From assembly GCA_051532035.1 (NCBI GenBank), contig JAOPTW010000063.1, forward strand, positions 10,174 through 74,173: a DNA stretch of 64,000 bases, given 5' to 3'. The notes below the pieces were generated by a model. The model had not been told where the DNA came from and searched no databases. It worked only from the letters and a program-made list of their open reading frames with translations. Positions 9,673-18,983 of the stretch are shown here, piece by piece. The stretch is from Fibrobacterales bacterium. GTDB taxonomy: Bacteria > Fibrobacterota > Fibrobacteria > Fibrobacterales > JAOPTW01. Positions within the stretch are counted from its first letter, which is position 1. Each line of letters begins with the position of its first letter. The position numbers were made by a program, and so were the translations under genes.

Positions 9673-10986
9673 ATGCTCAAAGCCAGCTCGTATATCATGA
9701 ATAACACATTACTTAAAAACATACCTCACTCTCTATTCTTCCGAGTACTCAAATTGAGTACTCTGTTTGTCTGCGCATCCACTGCACTCTATGCTGCGCC
9801 ACAACCAATCACTACTGATACAATCACTGTAGCCGACACAACTGCAGAATTAGATATTCTGAGTACGCCTGGTGACTCTCTCTCCGTAGATAGCCTCATT
9901 GTCGATACCGTATCAGAAAAAAGCGCGTTCCTTGATTCTCTCCCCTATGATTCTCTCACCCAAGATTCACTCATCCAGGATTCTCTCTTTCTCGACTCAG
10001 CAGCACTAGATTCTCTTGCTCATGATTCTCTCACGGCAGAGATATCAATTCACCCAGACTCTATCCATTTAGCAGATTCGAGTCGGTTTGCAATTTTTGC
10101 ACAAGTTGGAGCTCAATTTGTTGATTTTGAACAACGGAATAAATTTGCAGCTGAACTCTCGAAAACTGAGAGCTACCTCAAAGAGGCTTCTAACGCATCA
10201 ATTAAACAAGAAGACCGGTTTGAAACGGTTAATTTTTCCATTCCACTCTATTTAGGTATTACTGCAAAAATCACTCACAATATATCCCTGAGCGGAGGTA
10301 TTGGTTACTATGTCTACACCAATGATTTAGCGATTATCAGTCAGTCCGAGGATAAAAAAATTGTGAGCTCAGCATTTGAGTACAACCTCACCGCCACCCC
10401 ACTTTTCTTAGAATACAAGCACATGATTTCGGATGGACTTTTTACCATAAGTGATGTACGCAATGTATCTATCTCCTTTCGCTGGTACTGGTTTCTCTCC
10501 GAAACCTACATAACTTCCACAAACCGTCCAATTATTGGGGCATCTGAGTATATTGATAGGCAGGGCGATGATTTCCCCTATGAATATTCATCTGAGGAGG
10601 TCAAACAGTTTCATACGACAAAGAAACTCAATAGCACCTTTAACCCTTGGGGTAATGGTGGTGGCGTCTATTTAGGATATGAATTTGCTCAATGGCGCTC
10701 AATCACTCTTGAAGGTGATATTGGTGTGAGTTTTGTATCAATTGAGAGCAATGAGCCATGGAGCACCTTACTTCCTCTCACAGAAAAGCCCACTGAAGAA
10801 GAGCAGGATATACTCAATGACGAAGAGCTTTCTGAAGAGAAGGCATCGTGGAGCTTTGGTGGTATATCATTACATGTAAAATTTGCCTACTATTTTGGAA
10901 AGATGGATGCCCAAAATACCGAGAAAAGAAAACGTATTGGGGGCTCAAATAGCGGTTTAAACAGTAATTCATCCAATTATCGTTAG
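9673..10986 (+). CDS. Hypothetical exported protein with DSL-rich N-terminal stalk and probable beta-barrel C-terminus
   Basis: Signal-like segment, acidic DSLxx repeats, alternating beta-strand pattern ending GGISLHVKFAYYF; start uncertain (9697 also possible). Confidence 0.55.
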   Translation: MLKASSYIMNNTLLKNIPHSLFFRVLKLSTLFVCASTALYAAPQPITTDTITVADTTAELDILSTPGDSLSVDSLIVDTVSEKSAFLDSLPYDSLTQDSLIQDSLFLDSAALDSLAHDSLTAEISIHPDSIHLADSSRFAIFAQVGAQFVDFEQRNKFAAELSKTESYLKEASNASIKQEDRFETVNFSIPLYLGITAKITHNISLSGGIGYYVYTNDLAIISQSEDKKIVSSAFEYNLTATPLFLEYKHMISDGLFTISDVRNVSISFRWYWFLSETYITSTNRPIIGASEYIDRQGDDFPYEYSSEEVKQFHTTKKLNSTFNPWGNGGGVYLGYEFAQWRSITLEGDIGVSFVSIESNEPWSTLLPLTEKPTEEEQDILNDEELSEEKASWSFGGISLHVKFAYYFGKMDAQNTEKRKRIGGSNSGLNSNSSNYR

Positions 10987-11056
10987 CATCACCTCCATAG
11001 ACGAAACCAATCAAATATTATATCTTTGAGCCATCACAATATACTGGAAAATTGAA

Positions 11057-11947
11057 ATGGCTAGACAATTTGAAATGGACCCTGTTCTCACAGATGTTCC
11101 CCTTTTTGCACAGGGAAAAGTGCGTGATATGTTTGATCTCGGTGATGCATTCCTCATGGTTGCAACCGACAGAGTTTCTGCATTTGATGTAGTACTCCCC
11201 AATCAACTCGAAGGAAAAGGCAAGATTCTTAATCAGCTCTCTATGTACTGGTTTAAAGCCCTCCCTTTTAAAAATCACCTCATTACTGATCAAGTTGATG
11301 AAATGCCAGAAGTACTCCACAAATATAAAGACTATTTACAGGGTCGTTCTATGCTTGTGAAAAAAGCGGAACGTCTCGATATTGAATGTGTTGTTCGTGG
11401 CTATCTTGTAGGATCGGGATGGAAAGATTATCAAAACACTGGTGCTGTATGTGGGCATGAGCTCCCAGCAGATCTAAAACTTAGCTGTAAGATTGATCCT
11501 CCAATTTTTACTCCTGCCGCTAAAATTGATGATGGACACGATGAAAACATCGATTTTGAAACAATGAAGACTATTGTTACCGCTGAACAAGCTGAAGAAA
11601 TGAGAACACTCTCGTTAGATATCTACTCAAAAGCTCGCGAAATTGCTGCAGAAAAAGGCATTATCCTTGCTGATACAAAATTTGAGTTTGGTATTATTGA
11701 TGGCGAAATTACGCTCATAGATGAAGTACTCACTCCTGACTCATCACGCTACTGGGATGCAGCGACCTATGCTGAAGATAAAGACCAAGATAGCTATGAC
11801 AAACAGGTGATCCGTAATTGGCTCAGTACACTCGATTGGGATAAAGAGTATCCAGGACCATCACTTACTGATGCGGTAATTGAGAAAAGCATGAGCAAAT
11901 ATTTAGAAATTTACAAACGTCTTACTGGTGAGGAGCCTGTACTATGA
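11057..11947 (+). CDS. purC: SAICAR synthase
   Basis: QGKVRDMF, ATDRVSAFD, ECVVRGYL, ADTKFEFG and DEVLTPDSSRYW. Confidence 0.97.
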   Translation: MARQFEMDPVLTDVPLFAQGKVRDMFDLGDAFLMVATDRVSAFDVVLPNQLEGKGKILNQLSMYWFKALPFKNHLITDQVDEMPEVLHKYKDYLQGRSMLVKKAERLDIECVVRGYLVGSGWKDYQNTGAVCGHELPADLKLSCKIDPPIFTPAAKIDDGHDENIDFETMKTIVTAEQAEEMRTLSLDIYSKAREIAAEKGIILADTKFEFGIIDGEITLIDEVLTPDSSRYWDAATYAEDKDQDSYDKQVIRNWLSTLDWDKEYPGPSLTDAVIEKSMSKYLEIYKRLTGEEPVL

Positions 11948-12963
11948 GTGAAAAACTTGAATTAGCATTTGAAGATGGCGTAGAGCTTCGTTATGGCGAA
12001 AACTCGCACCAAAAAGCAGTATTTTATAAAGACCCTAACAGTGATGAATCATCACTTGGTACGGCAAAACAACTTCATGGTAAAGAGCTGAGCTACAACA
12101 ACATCGTCGATGCTGATGCCGCTCTTGAGATGGTACGTGAATTTGCGGGCGCTCCTGCAGTTTCAATTATCAAGCACCTTAATCCATGTGGACTTGCAAC
12201 AGGAACCACTCTTGATCAAGCTTTTGAAGCGGCGTGGCAGTGTGATCCTGTCTCTGCATTTGGCTCAGTGATTGCAGTTACTCAAAAAGTTGACCTTAAA
12301 ACAGCACAGCTCCTTAAAGGTCGTTTTATTGAGATCCTTCTTGCTCCAGGCTATGATGCTGACGCACTTGAATTCCTCATGAAGAAGAGTAAAGACATTC
12401 GTATTCTTGAAATTAAGGATGTGAAAAAAGCAGAGAAAACCAAAGTATATAAACACGTAATCGGTGGACTCCTTGTTCAAGATCGCGATGTCGATACTTA
12501 TGATAAATGGGAATGTGTTACTGAAACTCAGTTTCCTGCCGAGATTGATGCTCTTGCTAAATTTACTTGGATTGTTACCAAACACACCAAATCAAACGCT
12601 ATTGTAATGTGTCGTGAATACGCTCCAGGTTGTTTTTCAATCGCCGGCCTTGGTCCTGGCCAGCCTAATCGTATTGACTCAAATCTTCGCCTTTGCCAAC
12701 CGCGTGTCCGTGACGTTATCGCAACACTTGATAAGCCAGAAGGTGTCGACTCAGCGCAATTCGAAAAAGATTTCTTTGGCACCCTCGTTATGGGTTCTGA
12801 TGCGTTTTTTCCTTTTGATGACAACATCGTTGCATCAAACGATGCGGGAATAAAATACATTGTACAGCCTGGTGGCTCTATTCGTGACCCTGAAATAATC
12901 GAAACTTGTAATAAACTTGGTGTTGCCATGGTATTTACTGGCACGAGGCACTTCAGACACTAA
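11944..12963 (+). CDS. purH: AICAR transformylase domain of PurH (no N-terminal IMP cyclohydrolase domain)
   Basis: LRYGENSHQ near the N-terminus, GKELSYNN, IKHLNPCG, KSNAI, SDAFFPF, QPGGSIRD and TGTRHFRH; only 339 aa. Confidence 0.9.
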   Translation: MSEKLELAFEDGVELRYGENSHQKAVFYKDPNSDESSLGTAKQLHGKELSYNNIVDADAALEMVREFAGAPAVSIIKHLNPCGLATGTTLDQAFEAAWQCDPVSAFGSVIAVTQKVDLKTAQLLKGRFIEILLAPGYDADALEFLMKKSKDIRILEIKDVKKAEKTKVYKHVIGGLLVQDRDVDTYDKWECVTETQFPAEIDALAKFTWIVTKHTKSNAIVMCREYAPGCFSIAGLGPGQPNRIDSNLRLCQPRVRDVIATLDKPEGVDSAQFEKDFFGTLVMGSDAFFPFDDNIVASNDAGIKYIVQPGGSIRDPEIIETCNKLGVAMVFTGTRHFRH

Positions 12964-13400
12964 TGAGAGATCTCAAACATGAAGATAAAGAGAAAGTGTA
13001 TAGTGCACTTTCTTCTTTTTTAGATAGTGCACTCAAACTCCCATTAGCGAATGCTCCTTGGGATGAACTGACTGGCTCACTCTCTGCACTTGATATTCCT
13101 CAATCTACCATTGATGTTTTCTCTTTTTGGGCATCGGGTACTCTCGAATATATACATAGTAAGACCTTTCCCTATCGCGTACTCCACGACATGGAAAAAG
13201 AATTGATCTCACCCGAAGCCTATGGATTCATGCTTGAATCCATACGTCTCGGATTTATTGAGACAACCCAAACTGAATTTCTCTTAGAAGAGATGGCGCT
13301 TAAAGAGCACCTCCCCATCTCACTTTCAGTCATCAAAAGAACCATGGTTAAAAACTGGTTTAAAACAATCCACGATTCCGGGATAAAGAAGTCACAGTAA
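12963..13400 (+). CDS. Smg/DUF494-like protein
   Basis: RVLHDMEKELISPEAYGFMLESIRLGFI...TEFLLEEM...ISLSVIK resembles the Smg C-terminal consensus; similar size. Confidence 0.6.
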   Translation: MRDLKHEDKEKVYSALSSFLDSALKLPLANAPWDELTGSLSALDIPQSTIDVFSFWASGTLEYIHSKTFPYRVLHDMEKELISPEAYGFMLESIRLGFIETTQTEFLLEEMALKEHLPISLSVIKRTMVKNWFKTIHDSGIKKSQ

Positions 13401-14704
13401 TGAAAAAAGTAACCGTAATTGGTGCAGGACTCTCAGGTTGTGAGGCCGCACTGCAACTTGCCACTCGTGGTATTAAGGTTGACCTCTACGAAATGAGACC
13501 AACCCAAAAGACTCCTGCGCACAAAACAGAAAACGTCGCTGAACTCGTCTGCTCAAATTCATTGAAAGGCCTTGGCCTTTCTGGAGCTCATGGGCTTTTT
13601 AAACATGAGCTTGAACTCCTCGGGTCCAAACTGTTGAAGGCTGCTCGAGCCGCACGGGTTAAAGCAGGCGACTCTCTCACTGTAGACCGAGATATTTTTT
13701 CTGCCGAAGTGAAGAAGATGATTGATGCTGAAGAGAACATCACTTTTATCCAGGAAGAAGTTACTGAGATTAATCCTGATGAGATCACTATTATTGCAGC
13801 AGGACCACTCTGTTCTCAAAAACTCTCAGAAAAGGTTTTTGGCCTTGTTGGTACTGACAAATTAAACTTTTTTGATGCAATAGCCCCTGTGGTTACCGTA
13901 GACTCAATTGATTTCAACCATGCCTACACCAAAAATCGTTGGGAAAAAGGGACCACCAAAGATTTTATCAACTGTCCTCTCGATAAAGAGACCTACAACG
14001 CTTTTGTTGCAGAGCTCGTTGCAGCTGATCAGGTTGAGCCAAAACCTTACGAACCCAAAGAACTATTTGAAGGTTGTCTCCCCGTAGAAGAGATCGCCCG
14101 TCGCGGTGAGCAGACACTCAACCATGGCCCTATGCGTCCAAAAGGACTCATGGATGAAAACGGACATGTCCCCTATGCAGTGCTCCAACTCAGAGCAGAA
14201 AACATGGAGGCGACCCTCTATAATATGGTCGGCTTTCAAACACGTCTTAAATGGGAAACCCAAAAACGAATTTTCCGTATGGTTCCCGCTCTTAAAAATG
14301 CTGAGTTTGCTCGGTTAGGTGTCATGCACCGCAATACCTTTATCGACTCTCCAAAAGCACTTGATTCGAGCCTTCGCGCTCATAATACCAATGTCTTTTT
14401 TGCCGGTCAAATTACTGGTGCTGAAGGCTATACTGAAGCAATTGGTACGGGGTTCTTTACCGCCCTCCAGGCATACTCTCTTGCCACCAAAGGTGAAACA
14501 CTCCCCTTTCCTGAAGGGTCATGTCTCCATGCACTCGTTAAACACCTTACCTCTCCTAATGAAGACTTTCAGCCTATGAACTTTAATTTTGGCCTTCTCC
14601 CTCCCAAAGAGGGACTCAAAAAGGCACAAAAGAAAATGTTTCATGTGGACACCGCAATTGTTGCAGTTCAAAACTTTGTGTACGAGACCCTTCAAACATT
14701 ATAA
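13400..14704 (+). CDS. trmFO: Folate/FAD-dependent tRNA m5U54 methyltransferase
   Basis: GAGLSGCEAA, AELVCSNSL, FFDAIAP, FEGCLPVE, VGFQTRL, GVMHRNTF and FQPMNFNFG. Confidence 0.97.
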   Translation: MKKVTVIGAGLSGCEAALQLATRGIKVDLYEMRPTQKTPAHKTENVAELVCSNSLKGLGLSGAHGLFKHELELLGSKLLKAARAARVKAGDSLTVDRDIFSAEVKKMIDAEENITFIQEEVTEINPDEITIIAAGPLCSQKLSEKVFGLVGTDKLNFFDAIAPVVTVDSIDFNHAYTKNRWEKGTTKDFINCPLDKETYNAFVAELVAADQVEPKPYEPKELFEGCLPVEEIARRGEQTLNHGPMRPKGLMDENGHVPYAVLQLRAENMEATLYNMVGFQTRLKWETQKRIFRMVPALKNAEFARLGVMHRNTFIDSPKALDSSLRAHNTNVFFAGQITGAEGYTEAIGTGFFTALQAYSLATKGETLPFPEGSCLHALVKHLTSPNEDFQPMNFNFGLLPPKEGLKKAQKKMFHVDTAIVAVQNFVYETLQTL

Positions 14705-14797
14705 ATAATGGTGAGTGATGCAGTGGTCTCATTATTCCATTGCTCACTCTTTTTTTACTACATTTTCACTTAAATCAATCCCTCTAAAAGGCCCTGT

Positions 14798-15646
14798 ATG
14801 TCTCTTAAACTTGACGGTAAAGCACTCTCTAAAACAATCGAAGAAGAACTCTCGGTTCGTGTATCTGCAATTAAAGAAAAAAGTGGCAGAACACCTATTC
14901 TCGCAACAATACTCGTTGGTGCCGACCCATCATCTGCAATATATGTGGGTATGAAAGGCAAAGCATGTGCTCGCGTAGGTATGGAGTCTATTAAAGTAGA
15001 GATGAGTGAAGAGACTACCACAGAAGAACTCCTTGCCAAAATTGATGAGCTCAATGCAAATCAAGATGTACATGGTATCCTTCTCCAACATCCTGTTCCA
15101 AAACAAATTGACGAACGTCTCTGTTTTGATCGCATCTCTATACATAAAGATGTTGATGGAGTAACCTGTCTCGGTTTTGGTAACATGACCATGGGATTAC
15201 CTGCCTATGGATCAGCTACTCCTCAAGGAATAATGGAAACACTTAAGCGTTTTGATATTGACCTTTCGGGTAAACATGCTGTCGTTGTTGGCCGCTCACC
15301 TATCCTTGGGAAACCAATGGCAGCTATGATGCTCAACAAACATGCTACGGTAACTATCTGTCACTCACGTACACAAAACCTCGAAGGCTTTGTCCGTCAA
15401 GCTGATGTAATTGTTGGTGCCGTTGGCGTTAAAGAGCTGATAAAATCTGACTGGATTAAAGATGGTGCGGTTGTCGTTGATGCCGGATTTCACAAAGGTG
15501 GCTTTGGTGATATAGAAATCACTGATGCACTTAAAGATCGCTGTGGAGCCTATACTCCTGTACCAGGTGGCGTTGGCCCTATGACTATTGCGACGCTGAT
15601 TATGCAGACTGTTGAGGCAGCTGAGAAATCGTGTGGTATTGCGTAG
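14798..15646 (+). CDS. folD: Bifunctional methylenetetrahydrofolate dehydrogenase/cyclohydrolase
   Basis: [22 protein letters not shown] and [11 protein letters not shown]. Confidence 0.97.
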   Translation: MSLKLDGKALSKTIEEELSVRVSAIKEKSGRTPILATILVGADPSSAIYVGMKGKACARVGMESIKVEMSEETTTEELLAKIDELNANQDVHGILLQHPVPKQIDERLCFDRISIHKDVDGVTCLGFGNMTMGLPAYGSATPQGIMETLKRFDIDLSGKHAVVVGRSPILGKPMAAMMLNKHATVTICHSRTQNLEGFVRQADVIVGAVGVKELIKSDWIKDGAVVVDAGFHKGGFGDIEITDALKDRCGAYTPVPGGVGPMTIATLIMQTVEAAEKSCGIA

Positions 15647-15704
15647 CTTTCAAAAACCACTGATATGATGTGGTATGTGCGCTTCGTGTAAAAAACAAGA
15701 AAAT

Positions 15705-15737
15705 AAAAAAGAGACTTTATGTAAAGTCTCTTTTTTT
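15705..15737. terminator. Bidirectional intrinsic terminator after folD
   Basis: aaaaaagagacttta-tg-taaagtctcttttttt, a perfect inverted repeat with A and T tails between convergent genes. Confidence 0.85.
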
Positions 15738-15762
15738 GTGTCCGTTATTATTTGGTGAATCT

Positions 15763-15788
15763 AAAACCCTACCTCGTGAGAGGCAGGG
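15763..15788 (-). terminator. Probable terminator of the Cys-rich lipoprotein gene
   Basis: Minus strand ccctgcctc-tcac-gaggtaggg-tttt, about 25 nt after the stop. Confidence 0.6.
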
Positions 15789-15812
15789 AAAAACAACATT
15801 CGCCAGGTTATT

Positions 15813-18065
15813 TTAGTCGAGTATAAACGGGTACTCTGGATTATTAAATGCTTCTTCACAAAGACTTTCAGAAGTACTCATCATTGTGTTAAACAGTGTT
15901 TCACAATTTGCAGGGATATCACCCATTGTAGAATCACTCGCATCATCATCTCCCATATACATGCTACATTCACCACTTGCTATTTCAATAAATGTTGAGA
16001 TAACAGTATTGTAGCCTACCTTACATGTTTCTGGAAGCGATTGATCTATGACTGCCGCTCTAAACTCTCCATCACAGGCATCAACAAAGGCTGTAAAGTT
16101 TTCAGGGTTAAACCCTCCATCTCCATCTAACTTGGAGAACAGATTTTTACAATCTTGGGTTACAAGCCTACTACTAACTTTATCACCAAATCCATTGTCA
16201 TGACCGTCTTGTTTACACATTTGTTCGTGGTCATCCCAATACATACCTTCTCCGCACTGATCGCTGTAGGTGCCTTCTTCTCTACAATACTTCTCGTATT
16301 GATCAAAATAGAATCCTTCAGGGCATTGAATAGTATTGAAATCTTCTGGTTCACAGTAATCATAGTCCTCATTCCAGCGTGTGCCTTCTGGACATTGAGG
16401 ACCGCCATCACCGCCATTATCCCCACCATCATCAGCTAGGAATACCCAGTATGGATCTACATCACGAGCAAGCTTGCCGCACTCAAGTGATTTGAATTCA
16501 CCCATTTTTGGCTCAAAGCTATTCATGATATCCATACACTCCTGTGGAGGTGTGCCACTATTATCACCATCAAACTGTGAACATGTTGCATTGCCAAAAT
16601 ACTGCGCCATACCATTCATTATACCAGTATAGAGAGTTCTACATTGTTCATTGGGTCCTTGAGGTAATGTGATTGCAACAAACTCACCAATACAATCTCT
16701 AAGAAATGACTGCATTGACGTTTCATCTTCATTTGGTCCATCCATTCTTAAATAGAGATCTGAACAATATGGTGTGAGTGAACGAACAACCATATCATTA
16801 AACGGTTTATCATCTACACGACAATGGCCACGACCAACATCAAAATACTCACCAGGCCCACACTGCTGTAGTGTGATACAACGGTTTTGTTCCCAGCTCC
16901 ACATCTCATCTGTGCCACAGCCAGTAGAATAATCTTGTTGGCACTCTCCCATTTCAATATCAAACCATTCATTAGGGCCGCAATTTTGGAAAGTAACACA
17001 CTCACCTTTCATATAGCTCCATGATTGATTTGGTCCACACTGTTGCATTGTCATACATGCTCCAGTTGCATCATCATAATATTGATCCCAGTTACACTGT
17101 ACTGTTACACAGTTACCAGCAGCATCACGGAATCCACCATTATCACATGTTTTCGCCCATACATCTTCTTCACAAGGAGCGCCTTCATATGGTTTGAAAT
17201 ATCCCATTGGGCAATACCATGGATCGTCCATACACGTTCCAGTAGCGAAATCAGTATATTGACCTTCTGCACAGTTAATATTTGGTTTACAGGTTCCATC
17301 TGGAGCAACATACTCACTTGGGTCACATGCAGTGCCATAGCCAGCATAGTTATCATAGACACACTCTTCGGTATACATATCAAAGAAATATCCTTGTGGA
17401 CATTCTACTGCGCACGGTACAAAGACATCACCCGTACCGTCAGCTTTAGTCCAACGCTCTTGGTGTTTCCCATTAACCGCTTCACAGCTTGGGTTTTCTT
17501 GACATTTAACCTCAATTGATTTGTTATCCGATGGAATATACATCGGGAACGTACAATTTGCCATATCAGGTGCAGCTCCAGCTTCGATAAATCTACGTAC
17601 ATAGATTTCGCTCTGTTGCACACCACACTCATTAAGGATTCTTTTAACGATATCCTTAACAGGTTGCATGAGATCTTTACATACCTGTGTCACATTAAAG
17701 TCACAGGTCTCTGCGTTTTCAAAATAAATTGAGTCAGCCATGATGTATGCTCTATCGTAGAGTTCACCACACCGTTCGTCTGTTTTTATGGATTCAGGTC
17801 GAGACTCTTCTGCTTGCGCATCTGCAGCAGCATCATCTTTAAGACAATACTTTTGATACATGGTTAGTGCTTCTTCGTCTTGCATAGTGCGATACCGTTC
17901 CATGTATGCATTACACTCTTCCGATTCTGCATCGTTTGTTTCAAGCGCCTCATCGAGGTTCGCCTCTTGTGCAGCCTCTTTTGCTTTATCAAACAGATCA
18001 CACCCCGACAGTGTCATTCCGCTGATCAATGCAATAGAGATCATGGTTGCTAGTTGTTTTTTCAT
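15813..18065 (-). CDS. Cys-rich repeat lipoprotein of unknown function
   Basis: Lipobox LSGC; 13 short C-x(11-12)-C aromatic repeats plus duplicated Cys-containing helical blocks. Confidence 0.7.
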   Translation of the reverse strand: MKKQLATMISIALISGMTLSGCDLFDKAKEAAQEANLDEALETNDAESEECNAYMERYRTMQDEEALTMYQKYCLKDDAAADAQAEESRPESIKTDERCGELYDRAYIMADSIYFENAETCDFNVTQVCKDLMQPVKDIVKRILNECGVQQSEIYVRRFIEAGAAPDMANCTFPMYIPSDNKSIEVKCQENPSCEAVNGKHQERWTKADGTGDVFVPCAVECPQGYFFDMYTEECVYDNYAGYGTACDPSEYVAPDGTCKPNINCAEGQYTDFATGTCMDDPWYCPMGYFKPYEGAPCEEDVWAKTCDNGGFRDAAGNCVTVQCNWDQYYDDATGACMTMQQCGPNQSWSYMKGECVTFQNCGPNEWFDIEMGECQQDYSTGCGTDEMWSWEQNRCITLQQCGPGEYFDVGRGHCRVDDKPFNDMVVRSLTPYCSDLYLRMDGPNEDETSMQSFLRDCIGEFVAITLPQGPNEQCRTLYTGIMNGMAQYFGNATCSQFDGDNSGTPPQECMDIMNSFEPKMGEFKSLECGKLARDVDPYWVFLADDGGDNGGDGGPQCPEGTRWNEDYDYCEPEDFNTIQCPEGFYFDQYEKYCREEGTYSDQCGEGMYWDDHEQMCKQDGHDNGFGDKVSSRLVTQDCKNLFSKLDGDGGFNPENFTAFVDACDGEFRAAVIDQSLPETCKVGYNTVISTFIEIASGECSMYMGDDDASDSTMGDIPANCETLFNTMMSTSESLCEEAFNNPEYPFILD

Positions 18066-18548
18066 TGTGTTACTCCTGGCTTATTTGATTTGGTATTGTA
18101 AAACTCAATCAAGAAGATCTTTGTTTTGCAACTTTTCTAAATATTACCACACTTATATCAAATTGCCATAAATATTTAGATGACCGAATGGTCAGGTGAC
18201 TATGATCACTATTTATCTTAATAAACGCAAATAATTTGCCACCACTACAAGCCTATAAACACTACAAACCCCACAAACTAAAGGGCTAGTGTTTGATATT
18301 CTCTTTCAAAACTCTCTAAAAATAGAGCTAAAGAAAGTGAGTATTGAAGAACAAAGGTAAGGTGAGAATATAAAATATCTTTCAATATTTTAGTGAAAAG
18401 CTCATTGAGTAAATAAGCTATGAGTGCTCTGTATTATGATAATCTGCGCTGATCTTAGAAGTACTTTCACTGGCTCGAGAGTTATAGTAACAGAAGTGTA
18501 GCGCCTATCAAATATGACCTGGAGAAGGGCAATGTCATAAGAGGGTAC

Positions 18549-18576
18549 AAAAAAAGGCCCTCTCTAAAGAGGGCCC
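18549..18576 (-). terminator. Intrinsic terminator of the small lipoprotein gene
   Basis: Minus strand ggccctct-ttag-agagggcc followed by a T-run. Confidence 0.8.
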
Positions 18577-18611
18577 TTAAAATAAATGAACTATTTGTTC
18601 AACAGTATATG

Positions 18612-18908
18612 CTACTCTTGATCAGCACAAGTTCCGTCGGTACACATGTCAGCATATGTATCTTTATAATCTTCTTCAGTAACTTTATCGCTACATTCAG
18701 CTAACGCAGCAGCTGAACTCTCACCATCAGTAGCTGAAGAACTTACGTTCGCAACTTCTGCGGTTTTAAATAATGCTCCAGTTTCTTCAGCTTCACACCA
18801 ATCTTCTATAGATTTCTTTTCAGGGTCGGGGTCAGGTGTAGTTTCTGCACAGTTCAAAAATGTAAATGCGATTCCAGCGATTAATAGTAATGAAAATAGG
18901 GATTTCAT
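18612..18908 (-). CDS. Small acidic lipoprotein
   Basis: AAGGAG RBS, lipobox FLNC, own terminator. Confidence 0.75.
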   Translation of the reverse strand: MKSLFSLLLIAGIAFTFLNCAETTPDPDPEKKSIEDWCEAEETGALFKTAEVANVSSSATDGESSAAALAECSDKVTEEDYKDTYADMCTDGTCADQE

Positions 18909-18983
18909 TTCTGCTCCTTTTTATTGTTTCCTATAATGTAAATAAAAAAAAGAAAGAAAATCAAAAAATTTAAGGAAATAACG

